A DNA stretch of 62,262 nucleotides, filler included, from Collodictyon triciliatum (lineage: Eukaryota), in assembly GCA_043381765.1 (NCBI GenBank). It is 5 parts of 5 records of this genome, joined end to end, with 100 filler letters (N's around TTAATTAATTAA, not from the genome) between each part and the next. Parts side by side here need not be neighbours in the genome. Positions count along the whole stretch, not along the records: positions 44,019 to 60,898 come from JBHJMP010000661.1; positions 60,999 to 62,262 come from JBHJMP010000870.1; 3 more parts are not named here. One strand, 5' to 3'. Under the pieces are notes generated by a model, which had not been told where the DNA came from, made no database searches, and saw only the letters and a list, made by a program, of their open reading frames with translations. The position numbers were made by a program, and so were the translations under genes. This document shows positions 56,231 through 62,262 of the stretch, piece by piece (position 1 is the stretch's first letter; every line of letters begins with the position of its first letter).

Positions 56231-59200
56231 GTTTACTTTTAGAGCTCCCTTCAAAGCTAACATTAGCGTTGCTTGAAAATGTGATAAGCTGAGCTATGAA
56301 ACTGTCGGTGCTTTGTTTTACAGCCAAAATCTAATGGTAAATAAGAAAGTTTTGATAATGATTTTTACTTGAATATTGATTACGTTTTTTTTTGTATATC
56401 GACTTTTAAACAAATTATCTAATTATAGACCAAAGATACAATCAAGTAAGAAAAAAAAAACCAAGTCAGGGACCAAAGTATCCTTATTTTTCTCCAAGAA
56501 ATTATCAACGTCATAGGTGACTTCACCTAGCATGAATTAAATGTGCTTACGGATTAGATATTCAAGAATCCTAAGAGGCCTGCCGAGATATAGTTACATT
56601 ACCAGTATATTTTAGGGCTATTTAAAAAAAAGGCTCCACTATAGTATGTACCTGCATAGTGACCGACGATAAATCCTTTAATCATTTTCTTAGACTTTAC
56701 AAGATTTTTGTGCCCATCGTGTACCGTTTTAAGCTTGTTCAGCAGGTTGGCATCTGATAGAAAAGCAAATATTGATCAGATTTTGAATGGCAGGATTCAA
56801 AGTGTTTAAATAAGAAAAATAAAAATAAAAAACTTCAACTATCATCCAATATCTAAGAAATTTCAATTGTTATATGTATTGTACCTGAGCCTTTAGGCAT
56901 AATGCATTCTTCATTCAAAAGTGCCAAAAGTCCAACCTAGAAGAAAAAAACAACTTAATGTCAGAAACAAAATAAAGGTCCAAGTATTGAACTTAAAAGG
57001 AGAGGTATTGCAAATATGTCAATGTTGCGGGAAAAAAAAACAGAAAAAAAACTAATACATGATACCATACCTTGCTTTCAATGAGGTTTAAGCATTCTTG
57101 ATTATCAATAAAATCAATATGGCTCCATGGAATCTTTTCAGCCTCGTATTCTTCTTGTACGGTCTGAGCAGAATAAGTTTTATAAGAGGCGTTTCATGCG
57201 GTTTAGATATATGCGAAGCTGAGCTTAATGAATATGATTTAAAACCTTGAAGACGTCTCGTGTGTATTGCTGTTGAAGCTTTTCATTGGCGTAGTTAATA
57301 CCTAATAGTGAATGAAACAACACATCAGTATCAAATAGCAAAGTATATAATGTTTTTTGCATAGGGGCTCCCAGATACAACATTAACTCGGAGCGACTTA
57401 CATAACTGCTCGAAGCTGTTTTTTTCAAAGCATTCAAAGCCAAAGATATCCAAAATCCCAATAAATCTTGATGTCTAGTTTAGTTCAATAAGATAAATTA
57501 CAGAAATTATTCAGCAAAATAATAATATTGATAATAAAATTGAATGACGAACAAAATAAGTGTATACCTTTTCATCACGCCGGGTCGTACGATTAATACG
57601 GTCTACAATCCAATCAAAAAGCCGACCATATAGATGCTTGGAAAGTGCATCGCGGGCACCAAGAGCCTAAGGTGATGAAGAAAACATATTGAAAAGGCCT
57701 TAATTATCCCTTCCCAACTACTTTGTAAACTAGTTATTTTTTTTTCCTTTATTCGATTCAAAGTGTAGCGAGTCTTTGTAAACTAGGTATGAATTACTAG
57801 CGATGTGAAGACTTTAAGATAGTGATGGGAAACTTTGAATTGAATAAAGGGGAAAAAATAGTAATGGGAAACTGAATTGGAATCTATAAAGAGTGGAAAG
57901 ATGGGTACCTGTTCCAGATTGTTTGGTTTAGAATACGTTTCTGATCTTGTAGAAATTCGCCGGAAACATAAGGATTCGATTAATTTATCCTTTGGGACAC
58001 TAAGAAGGTCAGATATAATGTCGACCTATAAGAAGCCACCAATGGAATAGTCAGTTTTAATACAGGTGTAAGTGGATAAAAAAAAAAAGAAGATAAATTG
58101 CCAATATTTCTCTGATGGAAACATATATAAAACCATCTCTTCATTTTCGATGGATGCAGAGTCTTCCTGTCGGCGGCGTACAACAAACTTTAGTTGGCCG
58201 AGATGCAGAATTGCAGATAAAACCTTGTTGATGATGGGAGAATCGGGCGGATGTCGATCTTAAATTAGAAATTCGCAGATAATATTTAAATGAATTACAA
58301 CAAGATTGGGTGCGAATACATTTCAACCTTGAGTGAGCTGTTCATCTCTGGCTCAGCGATTCCGACAATCCGCATAGAATTTAACGTAGCTTCAAAGTCA
58401 TTTTTGTCTGATACATCTGGTAGTTCATAGCAAGGGCTAAAAATAAATCAATCAATTAAGATAGTGAATTTAGGTGGTGTGATACTAAATGAGGAAGAGG
58501 GAAAGAAGAAGAAAAAAAAAGCATACTCAGCCAATTATAAACTATTTCGTTCATCAAAAGAAAGAGAAGAAAATATCGTTGATGAATCGATAAAGCACAC
58601 AAATAATTCAAGTACCTTTGATTGAGATAGAAATAGTCTTGTGGACCTCCACTGAGATGAAGTTGTTTCCTCATCTTTGCATCAGCCCCAGCAAGAAGCT
58701 TTTTTTTTATGAAAAAAATTACAATAAAGGAAGCTAGTAACAAAGGGATATCATATAACATGTAATACTCTATTAAAGCAGTTTTGTCATGAGTTAAGTA
58801 TAGTGTTTACCTGATAAAAGATGTGATAGTTTCGTTCCCCTTTCGATACGTGAACAACCCGAGACTTTTCGAGGAGATAGGTCTGTTTTTTTTTTTTTTT
58901 TAAAAAAAATGTGTATTACAAATCAAATGAAAAATAATAACAGGGAAGAAAAAAAGCTGAAATGATTCTGGAATCATCATATTACAATGAACATAACTTA
59001 TTTTCATGCCTACTTGTATCGTATCTAGCTTATTTCGTATCAATATATATATGTATGTATAATTTTATTTTAAATTACATTTGGTATCTCACAGACTAAC
59101 CTGTGTCTTTGCTCCAATAATTACATTCTTGTCGTCAAATTGTAGCTCAATAAACTTTCCGAATCGGCTACTGTTGTCGTTGCGGAGGGTTTTTGCATTT

Positions 59201-60660
59201 CCGAATGACTATTAATTATTCGAACATCGAGTTATCTAACAAAATCTTGTAACATTATAAATGGAAATAAGAAATAAGAAATAAGAAAGAAGAAATAAGA
59301 AGTATGAAATATGAACCTCCAGCAACGGGTTTGATTGCAAAACTTGCTCGGTAATACTGACTGTGTTGTCCCCTCTTGCGGCATTTGCAATAAACTTGAG
59401 AAGAAGCTTTGTCGCCTCTGTCTTACCCGCCCCACTTTCAGATAGAGATTTTCAAATATGTTCAATTTAATATATATATATATATATATATATATCAGTA
59501 GAATGAGAAAAAAAAGACACAGCTAGTTACTTTCTCAGAGAAATGTATAGGTTTCTTACCTCTCTCCACTAACCAGGATCGATTGGCTCTTCAATGTCTT
59601 CCTCATCTCCCTACATATATATGTTTTTGAAACATATCGACATTTAAAAAGTCATTTGCTGTTTAGTTTAGTATACTGGATATCGTAAAATCCGAAAATG
59701 TACTTGTAAGATAACTGCGCAACAGCAAAGACATGGGGAGGAAGCTCTCCTGAAGAATTTCATAGACCGTTAGTATTTAAGATATTTAAGCGATTGATAA
59801 AGATGACTTTTATTTCTGCATAAATCATTATATAATCAGTCTTTAATTATTATTTTTTTTTTGCACTTTTCATTCTGCTTAAGATGAACTAAAAATGTGA
59901 TTAATCATAATTTGATTATAGAGATATATTTTAATAAAAAAAAAAAAAGTAATTGTCATGTTTAAACTTGCCAAATTCTGCAGATTTATATGATTCTACT
60001 TTTTCGTCTCCATATAAATTCAGCCATTTGAAAGGGTTCACAGATATGCATGTTCTTCCACTTTTTTATTTTATATTTTAGAAAAATGATGGAAATGTAA
60101 TGATAAAACTAGGAATTGTTGTAGAAATGATAAAGATGTAAGACCTACCTGTAAGTGTAGACAATATCCGAACGGAAACGAGTGAGCAAGTTGTGAAGAA
60201 TAGCAGCTTCGTGTAAATGATTGAGATTTGTCATATCATCGTAACCACCTTCGACTATTGCCAATGATTGTGATAATTCAATCATGCGATAGAAGGATGC
60301 CTTAAAGAAAAGAAATAGAAAAGGAAGCATCGTCTTTGTATAAAGAAGAGAAAATGACAGACCTTCCGGATTCGAGAAATGCATATCCTTGGCAGACTTG
60401 ATCACGCTTTCAGATCCCGTTAACAAGTTGCGAACAACAAGACTGCCATCTAAAAGTCCAACGATAAGCATTTTTTTTTATAATGAGTTGACTCAAATAA
60501 AGGAAAAAGGAAAAAGGAAAAAGAGGAAAAAGGAAAAAGAGGACGATCGTGTGTGAGCGAAGCAAATCCTCGTGCCTGCTTCTTGACGCACAACTTCCGC
60601 TTCCACGAAAGATCGCTCCTCGTCCGAAATCCAAAGCCGTGTCCCTTCTGCAGCAGCCAT
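52128..60660 (-). CDS. Myosin heavy chain (SH3-like N-terminus, motor, 5 IQ motifs, coiled-coil tail)
   Basis: ATG 60660; [102 protein letters not shown] motifs [36 protein letters not shown]. 3' end lies beyond an N gap and is tentative. Confidence 0.93.
53617..53672 (+). mobile_element. Micro-retroposon copy 2
   Basis: Insert gaatcgaataaaggg(a)7 (53634-53655) between perfect 17-bp repeats aacacaggtcattccat. Confidence 0.8.
53961..54025 (-). mobile_element. Micro-retroposon copy 3
   Basis: Minus-strand insert ctttgaatcgaataaagg(a)11 (53979-54007) between ataaccaatactgatgtt / ataactaatactgatgtt (17/18). Confidence 0.8.
57721..57786 (-). mobile_element. Micro-retroposon copy 4 (longest)
   Basis: Minus-strand insert actcgctacactttgaatcgaataaagg(a)9taa (57734-57773) between perfect 13-bp repeats ctttgtaaactag. 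Confidence 0.8.
57819..57873 (+). mobile_element. Micro-retroposon copy 5
   Basis: Insert ttgaattgaataaagggg(a)5 (57835-57857) between atagtgatgggaaact / atagtaatgggaaact (15/16). Confidence 0.75.
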
Positions 60661-60898
60661 CCTAGCTTATTCGCAAGTCTTTGAATGATTACCAGCGTAG
60701 CTTTACTTTTCCTATTTTATTCTTTTTTCTTTTTTTCTTTTTCTTTTTCTTTTTCTTTTTTCCTTTTTTTCTTTTTTTTTCCTTTTTTTCCTTTTTTTCT
60801 TTTTTTCTTTTTTTCTTTTTTTCTTTTTCTCTTTTTTTCTTTTTTTCTTTTTTTCTTTTTTTCTTTTTTTCTTTTTTTCTTTTTTTCTTTTTTTCTTT

Positions 60899-60998
60899 NN
60901 NNNNNNNNNNNNNNNNNNNNNNNNNNNNNNNNNNNNNNNNNNTTAATTAATTAANNNNNNNNNNNNNNNNNNNNNNNNNNNNNNNNNNNNNNNNNNNN
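60899..60998. other. Artificial contig spacer
   Basis: Same N-TTAATTAATTAA-N structure. Confidence 0.95.
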
Positions 60999-61889
60999 AA
61001 AAAAACAATAAAAACAATAAAAAAACCAATAAAAACAATAAAAAAACAATAAAAAAACATAAAAAACACATAAAAAACAATAAAAAAACAATAAAAAACA
61101 ATAAAAAACAATAAAAAACAATAAAACATTAAAAACAAAAAAAAACAATAAAAAACAATAAAAAACAATAAAAAACAATAAAAAACAATAAAAAAACAAT
61201 AAAAAAAACAATAAAAAACAATAAAAAAAAAAAAAAAACAAAAAAAAAAAAAAAAAAAAAAAAAAAAACAAAAAAAAAACCAATAAAAAAACAATAAAAA
61301 ACAGAGTAAAAAACAATAAACAATAAAAAACAATAAAAAACAATAAAAAACAATAAAAAACAATAAAAAACAATAAAAAACAATAAAAAACAATAAAAAA
61401 CAATAAAAACAATAAAAAACAATAAAAAACAATAAAAAACAATAAAAAACAATAAAAAACAATAAAAAACAATAAAAAACAATAAAAAACAATAAAAAAC
61501 AATAAAAAACAATAAAAAACAATAAAAAACAATAAAAAACAATAAAAACAATAAAAACAATAAAAAATAAAAACAATAAAAAAAACAATAAAAAACAAAA
61601 AAAAACAATAAAAAACAATAAAAAACAATAAAACAATAAAAACATAAAAAACAAAAAAAACAATAAAAAACAATAAAAAAACAATAAAAACAATAAAAAA
61701 CAATAAAAAACAATAAAAAACAATAAACAATAAAAACAATAAAAAATAAAAAACAATAAAACAATAAAAAAAATAAAAAACATAAAAAACATAAAAAAAC
61801 AATAAAAACAAATAAAAAAATAAAAAACATAAAAAACTAATAAAAAACAATAAAAAAACAATAAAAAATAAAGAAACAATAAAAAACGA

Positions 61890-61931
<42 letters not shown>

Positions 61932-62262
61932 AATAAAAAACAATAAAAAACAATAAAAAACAATAAAAAACAATAAAAAACAATAAAAAACAATAAAAAA
62001 CAATAAAAAACAATAAAAAACAATAAAAACAAAAAAAAACAATAAAAAAACAATAAAAAACAATAAAAAACAATAAAAAACAATAAAAAAAAAAAAAAAC
62101 AATAAAAAACAAATAAAAAAACAATAAAAAAACAATAAAAAAAAAAAAAAAACAATAAAAAAACAATAAAAAAACAATAAAAAAACAATAAAAAACAATA
62201 AAAAACAATAAAAAAACAATAAAAAACAATAAAAAACAATAAAAAACAATAAAAAACAATAA
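60999..62262. repeat. Degenerate (AAAAAACAAT)n 10-bp satellite
   Basis: At least 1.26 kb of tandem 9-11 bp units running to the window end. Confidence 0.95.

Noticed and set aside
57734-57857. MITE with terminal inverted repeats
   Set aside because: Each arm has its own distinct TSD and poly(A) tail, better explained as two separate retro-insertions.
60947-62259. Long ORFs (430 aa etc.) rich in F/I/V/Y/C/L
   Set aside because: Translations of a stop-free satellite; the same applies to poly-N/I/L/Y/F and X-containing ORFs elsewhere.

Overview
Eukaryotic, intron-rich genomic DNA (standard genetic code, AT-rich microsatellite-filled introns), probably from a heterotrophic protist; the organism cannot be identified from this window. 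The window is five contigs joined by artificial 100-nt spacers (N44-TTAATTAATTAA-N44) at 12674, 30423, 43919 and 60899, so adjacency across these points is meaningless. Spliced genes reconstructed by eye: acyloxyacyl hydrolase (+), a divergent importin-alpha-like ARM protein (-), a NPHP3-like TPR protein (-, partial), MCM9 (+, partial), ZW10-like (+), a PH-BEACH-WD40 protein (-, partial), a Rab34/36-like GTPase (-, partial), a Kin82/Fpk1/NRC-2-type AGC kinase (-), an S-adenosylmethionine decarboxylase fused in frame to an ornithine-decarboxylase-like domain (+), an NMNAT-like nucleotidyltransferase fragment (+), a large disordered protein (+) and a myosin heavy chain with 5 IQ motifs (-). Two highlights. 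(1) The AdoMetDC-ODC fusion: its AdoMetDC motifs are intact, but the ODC domain has lost several PLP-barrel residues (D88Q, H197D, S200F, G276A, human numbering) while keeping the residues donated in trans, and a 61-nt linker intron carries an in-frame stop. (2) A family of tiny (14-40 nt) poly(A)-tailed insertions, CTTTGAATCGAATAAAGG(A)n, each flanked by its own 13-18 bp target-site duplication, found five times. All exon boundaries are manual and need RNA-seq confirmation.
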